This document shows, in pieces, positions 13,101 through 28,100 of a stretch of 64,000 nt of DNA. This DNA is from Isurus oxyrinchus (lineage: Eukaryota): the NCBI GenBank assembly GCA_026770705.1, contig JANJGN010000002.1:208940001-209004000 (forward strand), written 5' to 3'. A model generated the notes under the pieces. That model was not told where the DNA came from and did no database searches. It worked only from the letters and a program-made list of their open reading frames with translations. The translations under genes were made by a program, and so were the position numbers. Each line of letters begins with the position of its first letter. Position 1 is the stretch's first letter.

Positions 13101-16100
13101 ATTCATGCTCAGTTTGTGTTTCTCATTGACTGATCAACTTCAAACCCCGTTATTCTTAGTTCAAAATGGACAAATTAGATAAATTGCAGAAGTGAGATGA
13201 GAATAGCTGCCCATGACATCTACTCAGCATACGTCAACATGTGGCTCTCAGAGCCTTAGCAAAATTGAGCATCCTGAGCGTTCTGGTTCAATTACTCCAC
13301 TCGTTGGGATCATACCGAGCACAATGGAAGATCGGAAGGGTTGTTCCACGTCGTTCATCTCACTCTATGGAAATCTCTGCAAGAATCCCTCAGGGTAGGC
13401 TTCTCGGCCCAACCATCTTCAACTGCTTCATCCATGGCCTACTGAAGGAGGGATGTTTGCTGCTGGTTGCACAGTGTTCAGTACCTATTCCAAATCCTGA
13501 GAAAATGATGCACTTCCTAAACAACATTTCAAAATTCGTAACAAACTTTCAAATATATGTAAATTTCAAATATACAATAAAAGCAGGATTCCTGTCCTAA
13601 GCAGATCTCACAAATTCAACTGGATCCAAACACATATTTGATTTCATTTACTGCAACTATCAAAATTGTCCTTCCTCTAGTGACACCAAAGATAAATGTT
13701 GCTGCAGCATCCAAGTCAAATGGAAGTTTTGGGCAGAGAAACCAATTGTTCTACTGATAGCGATCTGAAACTAATATTTTACTCTTCACTCTACAGAATC
13801 TGCCTCAACCTTGGAGTCTTTACAAGATTTTCTGCTTTTATTTCAGATTACACCACAAAGGAATCTTCACATTTTGGTCTGGAAAACATTACAGGAAATG
13901 AAACATCAAGAGCAGAAAAAGCACCTTCAACATTTCCACCATCAACAGGTATGTAAAATTGAACTCCAGTTATCACATGTCCAAATATGGATGCGAGTTC
14001 AAAATTCAGGGACATCCCGTCTTTTATTAGTTCTGGTCATTACAAGAGCAAACACGACAGCATTTCCTGAATGTTCAGAATCGAGCACAGAAATGGAACC
14101 ATTAATAAATGCCAGAATTCCTACAACCCATGTAACGTTAGTATCAATGGCAACTGTTATGGACTGTGTCAATCTGACTGATGCAGTTTAAGAGGTACTA
14201 ACAAGACCAAATGTGATCTCCAGCACAGAACTTAATGTCCACCACAATGCCAATCCAGTGACTGGGTTTTGGGCCACGTAATTTGATGGGAGTGTGCGAA
14301 GTGGAGATCAAGCTGCATGTCAGAAGGATAAAGGGCAGCCTTCCTGCCAGGAATCCACATTCGGCTCTTAAGGAGCTGCATGACAGCCTCACGCTGCCAA
14401 CAATGATATTCAATCATTCAGCATGATATCAGTCTCGTACATTAAATGCCACCCATAAAGTTGCGAAATATGTTCTTGTTGCTATTCTTTCTTAGGAATG
14501 GATCGTTATTTTCTTCTCTTGGTACAGATTTGCAGCAATGAACAAAATCCAGATAAGAGGCAACTTAGCATCGCAAAGATCATATAATTTCTGCTGTAGT
14601 CAAAGACTTTTTAATTATGCTAATACACCATTATACTATAATTCTTCACCATAATGACAGAAATAAGAGCAGTAATATATTGTGAAATAGCACTAAAAAC
14701 CTGTTCAATCATGCTCAGTTTGTGTTTCTCATTGACCAATCAACTTCAAACCCCATTGGTCTTAGTTCAAAATGGACAAATTAGATAAATTGCAGAAGTG
14801 AGATGAGAATAGCTGCCCATGACATCAACTCAGCATACGTCAAAATGTGCCTCTCAGAGTCTTAGCAAAATTGAGCATCCTGAGCGTTCTGGATCAATTA
14901 TTCCACTCGTTGGGATCATACCGAGCACAATGGATGATCAGAGGGGTTGTTCCATGTCGCTCATCTCACTCTATGGAAATCTCTGCAAGAATCCCTCAGG
15001 GTAGGATCCTCGGCCCAACCATCTTCAATTGCTTCATCAATGGCCTACAGAAGTAGGGATGTTTGCTGCTGGTTGCACAGTGTTCAGTACCTTTTCCAAT
15101 TCCTGAAATAATGATGCACTTCCAAAACAACATTTCAAAATTCATAACAATCTTTCAAATATATGTATATTTATAATGTACAACAAAAGCACGATACCTG
15201 TCCTGAGCATATCTCACAAATTCAACTGGATCAAAAGACATATTTGATTCCATTTACTGCAACTTTCAAAGTACTCCTTCTTCTAGTGACACCAAAGACA
15301 ACTGGTGATGCAGAATTCACGTCAGGTGGAAGCTTCGGAGAGAGAAACCAATTCTTGTACTGGTACTGATCTGAAACAAATATTTTGCACTTCACTCTAT
15401 GGAATCTTCCTCAACATCTGAGTCTTGACAAGATTTTCTGTTTTAATTTCAGATAACACAACAAAGGATTCTTCACAGTTTGATCTGGAAAACAATACAG
15501 GAAATGAAACATCAAGAGCAGAAAACCCTCCTTCAACATTTCCACCATCAACAGGTATGTAAAATTGAACTCCAGCTATTACATGTCAAAATATGGATGT
15601 GAGTTCAAAATTCAGGGACTTTCCCGTCTTTTACTGGTTCTGGTCATTACAAGAGCAAACACGACCACATTTCCTGAATGTTGCTGAATGAGCACAGAAA
15701 CGGAACCATTAATAAATGCCAGAATTCCTTCAACCCATTAACGTTAGTATCTATGGCAACTGTTATGGACTGTGTCAATCTGACTGATGCAGTTTAAGAG
15801 GTACAAACAAGACCAAATGTGATCTCCAGCACAGAACTTAATATCCACCACAATGCCAATCCAGTGACTGGGTTTGGGGCCATGTAATTTGATGGGAGTG
15901 TGCAAAGTGGAGATCAAGCTGCGAGTCAGAAGGATAAAGGGCAGCCTTCCTGCCAGGAATCCACATTTGGCTCTTAAGGAGCTGCATGACAGCCTCACGC
16001 TGCCAACAATGATATTCAATCATTCAGCATGATATCAGTCTCGTACATTAAATGCCGCCCATAAAGTTGCGAAATATGTTCTTGTTGCTATTCTTTCTTA

Positions 16101-19100
16101 GGAATGGATCGTTATTTTCCATTCTTGGCACAGATTTGCAGCAATGAACAAAATCCAGTTAAGAGGCAACTTAGCATCGCAAAGGTCATAAAATATCTGC
16201 TGTAGTCAAAGACTTTTTAATTATGCTAATGCACACTTATACTATAATTCTTCACCATAATGACAGAAACAATAGCAGTAACATAATAGGAAATAGCATT
16301 AAAATCTGCTCATTCATGCTCAGTTTGTGTTTCTCATTGACCGATCAACTTCAAACCCCGTTATTCTTAGTTCAAAATGGACAAATTAGATAAATTGCAG
16401 AAGTGAGATGAGAATAGCTGCCCATGACATCTACTCAGCATACATCAACATGTGGCTCTGAGAGCCTTAGCAAAATTGAGCATCCTGAGTGTTCTGGATC
16501 AATTACTCCACTCGTTGGGATCATACCGAGTACAATGGAAGATCGGAAGGGTTGTTCCACGTCGTTCATCTCACTCTATGGAAATCTCTGCAAGAATCCC
16601 TCAGGGTAGGCTTCTCGGCCCAACCATCTTCAATTGCTTCAACAATGGCCTTCAGAAGTAGGGATGTTTGCTGCTGGTTGCACAGTGTTCAGTGCCTTTT
16701 CCAATTCCTGAAATAATGATGCGCTCCCTAAACAACATTTCAAAATTTGTAACAAACTTTCAAGTATATGTATATTTATAATGTATGACAAAAGCAGGAA
16801 ACCTGTCCTAAGCAGATCTCACAAATTGAACTCGATCAAAACACATAGTTGGTTCCATTGACTGCAACTTTCAAAGTTCTCCTTCCTCTGGTGACACCAA
16901 AGACAACTGGTGATGCAGAATTCACGTCAGGTGGAAGCTTTGGAGAGAGAAACCAATTCTTGTACTGGTACTGATCTGAAACAAATATTTGACTCTTCAC
17001 CCAACGGAATTTCCTCAACCTCTGAGTCTTTACAAGATTTTCTGTTTTAATTTCAGATAACGCAACAAAGGATTCTTCACATTTTGGTCTAGAAAACATT
17101 ACAGGAAATGAAACATCAAGAGCAGAAAACCGTCCTTCAACATTTCCACCATCAACAGGTGTGTAAAATGGAACTCCAGCTATCACATTTCAAAACATGG
17201 ATGTGAGTTCAAAATTCACGTCTATTACTGGTCTTGGTCATTACAAGAGCAAACACGACAGCATTGCCTGAATGTTCAGAATCGAGCACAGAAATGGAAC
17301 CATTAATAATTCCAGAATTCCTTCAACCTATGTAACATTAGTATCTATGGCAACTGTTATAGACTGTGTCAATCTGATTGGTGCAGTTTAAAAGGTATTT
17401 ACAAGACCAAATGTGGTCTACAGCGCAGAACTTAATGTCCACCACAGATGTCAATCCAGACACTGGGTTTGGGGCCATGTAATTTGATGGCAGTGTGCGG
17501 AGTGGAGATCAAGCTGCGAGTCAGAAGGATAAGGGGCATGCCTTCCTGCCAGGAATCCACATTCAGCCCTTAAGGAGCTGCATAAGGGCCTCACTCTGCC
17601 AGCAATGATATTCAACCAGTCAGCATGACGCCAGTCACGTACATTAAATGCCACCCATAAAGTTGCAAAATATATTCTTGTTACCATTCTTTCTTAGGAA
17701 TGGATCGTTATTTTCCATTCTTGGTACAGATTTGCAGCAATGAACAAAATCCAGTTAAGAGGCAACTTAGCATCGCAAAGGTCATAAAATATCTGCTGTA
17801 GTCAAAGACTTTTTAATTATGCTAATGCACACTTATACTATAATTCTTCACCATAATGACAGAAACAATAGCAGTAACATAATAGGAAATAGCATTAAAA
17901 TCTGCTCATTCATGCTCAGTTTGTGTTTCTCATTGACCGATCAACTTCAAACCCCGTTATTCTTAGTTCAAAATGGACAAATTAGATAAATTGCAGAAGT
18001 GAGATGAGAATAGCTGCCCATGACATCTACTCAGCATACATCAACATGTGGCTCTGAGAGCCTTAGCAAAATTGAGCATCCTGAGTGTTCTGGATCAATT
18101 ACTCCACTCGTTGGGATCATACCGAGTACAATGGAAGATCGGAAGGGTTGTTCCACGTCGTTCATCTCACTCTATGGAAATCTCTGCAAGAATCCCTCAG
18201 GGTAGGCTTCTCGGCCCAACCATCTTCAATTGCTTCAACAATGGCCTTCAGAAGTAGGGATGTTTGCTGCTGGTTGCACAGTGTTCAGTGCCTTTTCCAA
18301 TTCCTGAAATAATGATGCGCTCCCTAAACAACATTTCAAAATTTGTAACAAACTTTCAAGTATATGTATATTTATAATGTATGACAAAAGCAGGAAACCT
18401 GTCCTAAGCAGATCTCACAAATTGAACTCGATCAAAACACATAGTTGGTTCCATTGACTGCAACTTTCAAAGTTCTCCTTCCTCTGGTGACACCAAAGAC
18501 AACTGGTGATGCAGAATTCACGTCAGGTGGAAGCTTTGGAGAGAGAAACCAATTCTTGTACTGGTACTGATCTGAAACAAATATTTGACTCTTCACCCAA
18601 CGGAATTTCCTCAACCTCTGAGTCTTTACAAGATTTTCTGTTTTAATTTCAGATAACGCAACAAAGGATTCTTCACATTTTGGTCTAGAAAACATTACAG
18701 GAAATGAAACATCAAGAGCAGAAAACCGTCCTTCAACATTTCCACCATCAACAGGTGTGTAAAATGGAACTCCAGCTATCACATTTCAAAACATGGATGT
18801 GAGTTCAAAATTCACGTCTATTACTGGTCTTGGTCATTACAAGAGCAAACACGACAGCATTGCCTGAATGTTCAGAATCGAGCACAGAAATGGAACCATT
18901 AATAATTCCAGAATTCCTTCAACCTATGTAACATTAGTATCTATGGCAACTGTTATAGACTGTGTCAATCTGATTGGTGCAGTTTAAAAGGTATTTACAA
19001 GACCAAATGTGGTCTACAGCGCAGAACTTAATGTCCACCACAGATGTCAATCCAGACACTGGGTTTGGGGCCATGTAATTTGATGGCAGTGTGCGGAGTG

Positions 19101-22100
19101 GAGATCAAGCTGCGAGTCAGAAGGATAAGGGGCATGCCTTCCTGCCAGGAATCCACATTCAGCCCTTAAGGAGCTGCATAAGGGCCTCACTCTGCCAGCA
19201 ATGATATTCAACCAGTCAGCATGACGCCAGTCACGTACATTAAATGCCACCCATAAAGTTGCAAAATATATTCTTGTTACCATTCTTTCTTAGGAATGGA
19301 TCGTTATTTTCCATTCTTGGCACAGATTTGCAGCAATGAACAAAATCCAGATAAGAGGCAACTTAGCATCGCAAAGGTCATAAAATATCTGCTGTAGTCA
19401 AAGACTTTTTAATTATTCTAAAGCACACTTATACTATAATTCTTCACCATAATGACAGAAACAATAGCAGTAACATAATAGGAAATATCATTAAAACCTG
19501 CTTATTCATGGTCAGTTTGTGTTTCTCATTGTCCGATCAACTTCAAACCCCATTCATCTTAGTTCAAAATAGACAAATTAGATAAACTCCAGAAGTGAGA
19601 TGAGAATGGCTGCCCATGACATCTACTCAGCATACGTCAACATGTGGCTCTGAGAGCCTTAGCAAATTTGAGCATCCTGAGCGTTCTGGATCAATTACTC
19701 CAATCGTTGGGATCATACCGAGCACAATGGAGGATCGGAGGGGTTGTTCCACGTCGCTCTATGGAAATCTCTGCAAGAATCCCTCAGGGTAGGCTTCTCG
19801 GCCCAATCATCTTCAATTGCTTCATCAATGGCCTACTGAAGGAGGGATGTTTGCTGCTGGTTGCACAGTGTTCAGTACCTTTTCCAAACCCTGAGAAAAT
19901 GATGCACTTCCTAAACAACATTTCAAAATTCGTAACAAACTTTCAAATATATGTAAATTTCAAATATACAATAAAAGTAGGATTCCTGTCCTAAGCAGAT
20001 CTCACAAGTTCAACTTGATCAAAACACATATTTGATTTCATTTACTGCAACTATCAAAATTGTCCTTCCTCTACTGACACCAAAGATAACTGTTGATGCA
20101 GAATCCAAGTCAGGTGGAAGTTTTGGAGAGAGAAACCAATTGTTCTACTGATAACGATCTGAAACTAATATTTTACTCTTCACTCTACGGAATCTGCTTC
20201 AACCTTTGAGACTTTACAAGATTTTCTGTTTTAATTACAGATTACACCACAAAGGAATCTTCATATTTTGGTCTGGAAAACATTACAGGAAATGAAACAT
20301 CAAGAGCGGAAAACCCTCCTTCAACATTTCCACCATCAACAGGTATGTAAAATTGAACTCCAGTAATCACATGTCAAACTATGGATGTGAGTTCAAAATT
20401 CAGGGACATCCCATCTTTTACTGGTCTTGGTCATTACAAGAGCAAACACAACAGTATTTCCTGAATGTTCAGAATCGAGCACAGAAACGGAACCATTAAT
20501 AAATGCCAGAATTCCTTCAACCCATGTAACATTAGTATCTATGGCAACTGTTCTGAACAGTGTCAATCTGATTGATGCAGTTTAAGAGGTACTAACAAGA
20601 CCAAATACAGTGCAGAACTTAATGTCCACCACAGATGCCAATCCAGGGACTGGGTTTGGGGCCATGTAATTTGATGGGAGTGTGCGCATTGGCAATCAAG
20701 CTGCGAGTCAGAAAGATAAAGGGCAGCCTTCCTGCCAGGAATCCACATTCGGCGCGTAAGGAGCTGCATAAGGGCCTCACTCTGCCACCAATGTTATTCA
20801 ACCAGTCGGCATGACACCAGTCACATATATTAAATGCCGCCCATAAATTACAAAATATGTTCTTGTTACTATTCTATCTTAGGAATGGATCGTTATTTTC
20901 CTTTCTTGGTACATGTTTGCTACAATGAACAACATCCAGATAAGAGGCGGAGATCATATAATTTCTGCTGCAGTCAAAGACCTTTTAATTATGCTAATGC
21001 ACACTTACACTATAATTCTTCACCATAATGACAGAAATACGAGCACTAACATAATGGGAAATAGCACTAAAAACCTGCTCATTCATGCTCAGTTTTTGTT
21101 TCTCGTTGATCGGTCAACTTCAAGCACTGTTAGTCTTAGTTCAAAATGGACAAATTAGATAAATTGCAGAAGTGAGATGAGAATAGCTGCCCATGACATC
21201 TACTCAGCATACGTCAACATGTGGCTCTGAGAGCCTTAGCAAAATTGAGCATCCTGAGCGTTCTGGATCAATTACTCCACTCGTTGGGATCATACCGAGC
21301 ACAATGGAAGATCGGAGGGGTTGTTCCATATCACTCATCTCACTCTATGGAAATCTCTGCAAGAATCCCTCAGGATAGTCTCCTCGACCCAACCATCTTC
21401 AATTGCTTCATCAATGGCCTACTGAAGTAGGGATGTTTGCTGCTGGTTGCACAGTGTTCAGCGCCTTTTCCAATTACTGAGACAATAATGCACTTCCAAA
21501 ACAACATTTCAAAATTCCTAACAGACTTTCAAACATATGTATATTTAAGATATACAAAAAAAGCAGGATTCCTGTCCTAAGCATATCTCACAAATTCAAC
21601 TGGATCAAAACACATATTTGATTCCATTTACTGCAACTATCAAAATTGTCCTTCCTCTAGTGACACCAAAGTTGATGAAGAATCCACTTCACGTGGAAGC
21701 TTCGGACAGAGAAACCAATTGTTGTACTGATATCAAGTTGAAACAAATATTTGGCTCTTCACTCTACGGAATCTGCCTCAACCTCTGAGTCTTTACAAGA
21801 TTTTCTGTTTTAATTTCAGATTACAATACAAAGGATTCTTCACATTTTGAACTGGAAAACATTACAGGAAATGAAACATCAAGAGCAGAAAACCCTCCTT
21901 CAACATTTCCACCATCAACAGGTATGTAAAATGGAACTCCAGCTATCACATGTCAAAATATGGTGTGAGTCCAAAATTCAGGGACATCCCGTCTTTTACT
22001 GGTCTTGGTCATTACAAGAGCAAACACGACAGCATTTCCTGAATGTTCAGAATCGAGCACAGAAACGGAACCATTAATAAATGCCAGAATTCCTTCAACC

Positions 22101-25100
22101 CATGTAACATTAGTATCTATGGCAACTGTTATGGACTGTGTCAATCTGATTGATGCAGTTTAGGATGTATTAACAAGGCCAAATGTGGTCTACAGCGCAG
22201 AACTTAATGTCCACCACAGATGCCAATCCAGAGACTGGGTTTGGGGCAATGTAATTTGATGGGAGTGTGCGCATTGGCAATCAAGCTGCGAGTCCAAAGG
22301 ATAAAGGACAGCCTTCCTGCCAGGAATCCACATTCAGCCCTTAAGAAGCTGCTTAAGGGCCGCACTCTGCCACCAATGATATTCAACCAGTTGGCATGAC
22401 ACCAGTCACGTACATTAAATGCCACGCATGATGTTGCAAAAGATTTTCTTGTTACTATTCTTTCTTAGGAATGGATCGTTATTTTCCTTTCTTGGTACAG
22501 ATTTGCTACAATGAACAAAATCCAGATAAGGGGCAACTTAGCATCGCAAAGATCATATAATTGCTGCTGTAGTCAAAGACTTTTTAATTATGCTAATGCA
22601 CACTTATAATATAATTCTTCACCATAATGACAGAAACAAGAGCAGTAACATATTGGGAAATAGCACTAAAAACCTGCTCATTCATGCTCAGTTTGTGTTT
22701 CTCATTGACTGATCAACTTCAAACCCCGTTATTCTTAGTTCAAAATGGACAAATTAGATAAATTGCAGAAGTGAGATGAGAATAGCTGCCCATGACATCT
22801 ACTCAGCATACGTCAACATGTGGCTCTCAGAGCCTTAGCAAAATTGAGCATCCTGAGCGTTCTGGTTCAATTACTCCACTCGTTGGGATCATACCGAGCA
22901 CAATGGAAGATCGGAAGGGTTGTTCCACGTCGTTCATCTCACTCTATGGAAATCTCTGCAAGAATCCCTCAGGGTAGGCTTCTCGGCCCAACCATCTTCA
23001 ACTGCTTCATCCATGGCCTACTGAAGGAGGGATGTTTGCTGCTGGTTGCACAGTGTTCAGTACCTATTCCAAATCCTGAGAAAATGATGCACTTCCTAAA
23101 CAACATTTCAAAATTCGTAACAAACTTTCAAATATATGTAAATTTCAAATATACAATAAAAGCAGGATTCCTGTCCTAAGCAGATCTCACAAATTCAACT
23201 GGATCCAAACACATATTTGATTTCATTTACTGCAACTATCAAAATTGTCCTTCCTCTAGTGACACCAAAGATAAATGTTGCTGCAGCATCCAAGTCAAAT
23301 GGAAGTTTTGGGCAGAGAAACCAATTGTTCTACTGATAGCGATCTGAAACTAATATTTTACTCTTCACTCTACAGAATCTGCCTCAACCTTGGAGTCTTT
23401 ACAAGATTTTCTGCTTTTATTTCAGATTACACCACAAAGGAATCTTCACATTTTGGTCTGGAAAACATTACAGGAAATGAAACATCAAGAGCAGAAAAAG
23501 CACCTTCAACATTTCCACCATCAACAGGTATGTAAAATTGAACTCCAGTTATCACATGTCCAAATATGGATGCGAGTTCAAAATTCAGGGACATCCCGTC
23601 TTTTATTAGTTCTGGTCATTACAAGAGCAAACACGACAGCATTTCCTGAATGTTCAGAATCGAGCACAGAAATGGAACCATTAATAAATGCCAGAATTCC
23701 TACAACCCATGTAACGTTAGTATCAATGGCAACTGTTATGGACTGTGTCAATCTGACTGATGCAGTTTAAGAGGTACTAACAAGACCAAATGTGATCTCC
23801 AGCACAGAACTTAATGTCCACCACAATGCCAATCCAGTGACTGGGTTTTGGGCCACGTAATTTGATGGGAGTGTGCGAAGTGGAGATCAAGCTGCATGTC
23901 AGAAGGATAAAGGGCAGCCTTCCTGCCAGGAATCCACATTCGGCTCTTAAGGAGCTGCATGACAGCCTCACGCTGCCAACAATGATATTCAATCATTCAG
24001 CATGATATCAGTCTCGTACATTAAATGCCACCCATAAAGTTGCGAAATATGTTCTTGTTGCTATTCTTTCTTAGGAATGGATTGTTATTTTCTTCTCTTG
24101 GTACAGATTTGCAGCAATGAACAAAATCCAGATAAGAGGCAACTTAGCATCGCAAAGATCATATAATTTCTGCTGTAGTCAAAGACTTTTTAATTATGCT
24201 AATACACCATTATACTATAATTCTTCACCATAATGACAGAAATAAGAGCAGTAATATATTGTGAAATAGCACTAAAAACCTGTTCAATCATGCTCAGTTT
24301 GTGTTTCTCATTGACCAATCAACTTCAAACCCCATTGGTCTTAGTTCAAAATGGACAAATTAGATAAATTGCAGAAGTGAGATGAGAATAGCTGCCCATG
24401 ACATCAACTCAGCATACGTCAAAATGTGCCTCTCAGAGTCTTAGCAAAATTGAGCATCCTGAGCGTTCTGGATCAATTATTCCACTCGTTGGGATCATAC
24501 CGAGCACAATGGATGATCAGAGGGGTTGTTCCATGTCGCTCATCTCACTCTATGGAAATCTCTGCAAGAATCCCTCAGGGTAGGATCCTCGGCCCAACCA
24601 TCTTCAATTGCTTCATCAATGGCCTACAGAAGTAGGGATGTTTGCTGCTGGTTGCACAGTGTTCAGTACCTTTTCCAATTCCTGAAATAATGATGCACTT
24701 CCAAAACAACATTTCAAAATTCATAACAATCTTTCAAATATATGTATATTTATAATGTACAACAAAAGCACGATACCTGTCCTGAGCATATCTCACAAAT
24801 TCAACTGGATCAAAAGACATATTTGATTCCATTTACTGCAACTTTCAAAGTACTCCTTCTTCTAGTGACACCAAAGACAACTGGTGATGCAGAATTCACG
24901 TCAGGTGGAAGCTTCGGAGAGAGAAACCAATTCTTGTACTGGTACTGATCTGAAACAAATATTTTGCACTTCACTCTATGGAATCTTCCTCAACATCTGA
25001 GTCTTGACAAGATTTTCTGTTTTAATTTCAGATAACACAACAAAGGATTCTTCACAGTTTGATCTGGAAAACAATACAGGAAATGAAACATCAAGAGCAG

Positions 25101-28100
25101 AAAACCCTCCTTCAACATTTCCACCATCAACAGGTATGTAAAATTGAACTCCAGCTATTACATGTCAAAATATGGATGTGAGTTCAAAATTCAGGGACTT
25201 TCCCGTCTTTTACTGGTTCTGGTCATTACAAGAGCAAACACGACCACATTTCCTGAATGTTGCTGAATGAGCACAGAAACGGAACCATTAATAAATGCCA
25301 GAATTCCTTCAACCCATTAACGTTAGTATCTATGGCAACTGTTATGGACTGTGTCAATCTGACTGATGCAGTTTAAGAGGTACAAACAAGACCAAATGTG
25401 ATCTCCAGCACAGAACTTAATATCCACCACAATGCCAATCCAGTGACTGGGTTTGGGGCCATGTAATTTGATGGGAGTGTGCAAAGTGGAGATCAAGCTG
25501 CGAGTCAGAAGGATAAAGGGCAGCCTTCCTGCCAGGAATCCACATTTGGCTCTTAAGGAGCTGCATGACAGCCTCACGCTGCCAACAATGATATTCAATC
25601 ATTCAGCATGATATCAGTCTCGTACATTAAATGCCGCCCATAAAGTTGCGAAATATGTTCTTGTTGCTATTCTTTCTTAGGAATGGATCGTTATTTTCCA
25701 TTCTTGGCACAGATTTGCAGCAATGAACAAAATCCAGTTAAGAGGCAACTTAGCATCGCAAAGGTCATAAAATATCTGCTGTAGTCAAAGACTTTTTAAT
25801 TATGCTAATGCACACTTATACTATAATTCTTCACCATAATGACAGAAACAATAGCAGTAACATAATAGGAAATAGCATTAAAATCTGCTCATTCATGCTC
25901 AGTTTGTGTTTCTCATTGACCGATCAACTTCAAACCCCGTTATTCTTAGTTCAAAATGGACAAATTAGATAAATTGCAGAAGTGAGATGAGAATAGCTGC
26001 CCATGACATCTACTCAGCATACATCAACATGTGGCTCTGAGAGCCTTAGCAAAATTGAGCATCCTGAGTGTTCTGGATCAATTACTCCACTCGTTGGGAT
26101 CATACCGAGTACAATGGAAGATCGGAAGGGTTGTTCCACGTCGTTCATCTCACTCTATGGAAATCTCTGCAAGAATCCCTCAGGGTAGGCTTCTCGGCCC
26201 AACCATCTTCAATTGCTTCAACAATGGCCTTCAGAAGTAGGGATGTTTGCTGCTGGTTGCACAGTGTTCAGTGCCTTTTCCAATTCCTGAAATAATGATG
26301 CGCTCCCTAAACAACATTTCAAAATTTGTAACAAACTTTCAAGTATATGTATATTTATAATGTATGACAAAAGCAGGAAACCTGTCCTAAGCAGATCTCA
26401 CAAATTGAACTCGATCAAAACACATAGTTGGTTCCATTGACTGCAACTTTCAAAGTTCTCCTTCCTCTGGTGACACCAAAGACAACTGGTGATGCAGAAT
26501 TCACGTCAGGTGGAAGCTTTGGAGAGAGAAACCAATTCTTGTACTGGTACTGATCTGAAACAAATATTTGACTCTTCACCCAACGGAATTTCCTCAACCT
26601 CTGAGTCTTTACAAGATTTTCTGTTTTAATTTCAGATAACGCAACAAAGGATTCTTCACATTTTGGTCTAGAAAACATTACAGGAAATGAAACATCAAGA
26701 GCAGAAAACCGTCCTTCAACATTTCCACCATCAACAGGTGTGTAAAATGGAACTCCAGCTATCACATTTCAAAACATGGATGTGAGTTCAAAATTCACGT
26801 CTATTACTGGTCTTGGTCATTACAAGAGCAAACACGACAGCATTGCCTGAATGTTCAGAATCGAGCACAGAAATGGAACCATTAATAATTCCAGAATTCC
26901 TTCAACCTATGTAACATTAGTATCTATGGCAACTGTTATAGACTGTGTCAATCTGATTGGTGCAGTTTAAAAGGTATTTACAAGACCAAATGTGGTCTAC
27001 AGCGCAGAACTTAATGTCCACCACAGATGTCAATCCAGACACTGGGTTTGGGGCCATGTAATTTGATGGCAGTGTGCGGAGTGGAGATCAAGCTGCGAGT
27101 CAGAAGGATAAGGGGCATGCCTTCCTGCCAGGAATCCACATTCAGCCCTTAAGGAGCTGCATAAGGGCCTCACTCTGCCAGCAATGATATTCAACCAGTC
27201 AGCATGACGCCAGTCACGTACATTAAATGCCACCCATAAAGTTGCAAAATATATTCTTGTTACCATTCTTTCTTAGGAATGGATCGTTATTTTCCATTCT
27301 TGGTACAGATTTGCAGCAATGAACAAAATCCAGTTAAGAGGCAACTTAGCATCGCAAAGGTCATAAAATATCTGCTGTAGTCAAAGACTTTTTAATTATG
27401 CTAATGCACACTTATACTATAATTCTTCACCATAATGACAGAAACAATAGCAGTAACATAATAGGAAATAGCATTAAAATCTGCTCATTCATGCTCAGTT
27501 TGTGTTTCTCATTGACCGATCAACTTCAAACCCCGTTATTCTTAGTTCAAAATGGACAAATTAGATAAATTGCAGAAGTGAGATGAGAATAGCTGCCCAT
27601 GACATCTACTCAGCATACATCAACATGTGGCTCTGAGAGCCTTAGCAAAATTGAGCATCCTGAGTGTTCTGGATCAATTACTCCACTCGTTGGGATCATA
27701 CCGAGTACAATGGAAGATCGGAAGGGTTGTTCCACGTCGTTCATCTCACTCTATGGAAATCTCTGCAAGAATCCCTCAGGGTAGGCTTCTCGGCCCAACC
27801 ATCTTCAATTGCTTCAACAATGGCCTTCAGAAGTAGGGATGTTTGCTGCTGGTTGCACAGTGTTCAGTGCCTTTTCCAATTCCTGAAATAATGATGCGCT
27901 CCCTAAACAACATTTCAAAATTTGTAACAAACTTTCAAGTATATGTATATTTATAATGTATGACAAAAGCAGGAAACCTGTCCTAAGCAGATCTCACAAA
28001 TTGAACTCGATCAAAACACATAGTTGGTTCCATTGACTGCAACTTTCAAAGTTCTCCTTCCTCTGGTGACACCAAAGACAACTGGTGATGCAGAATTCAC

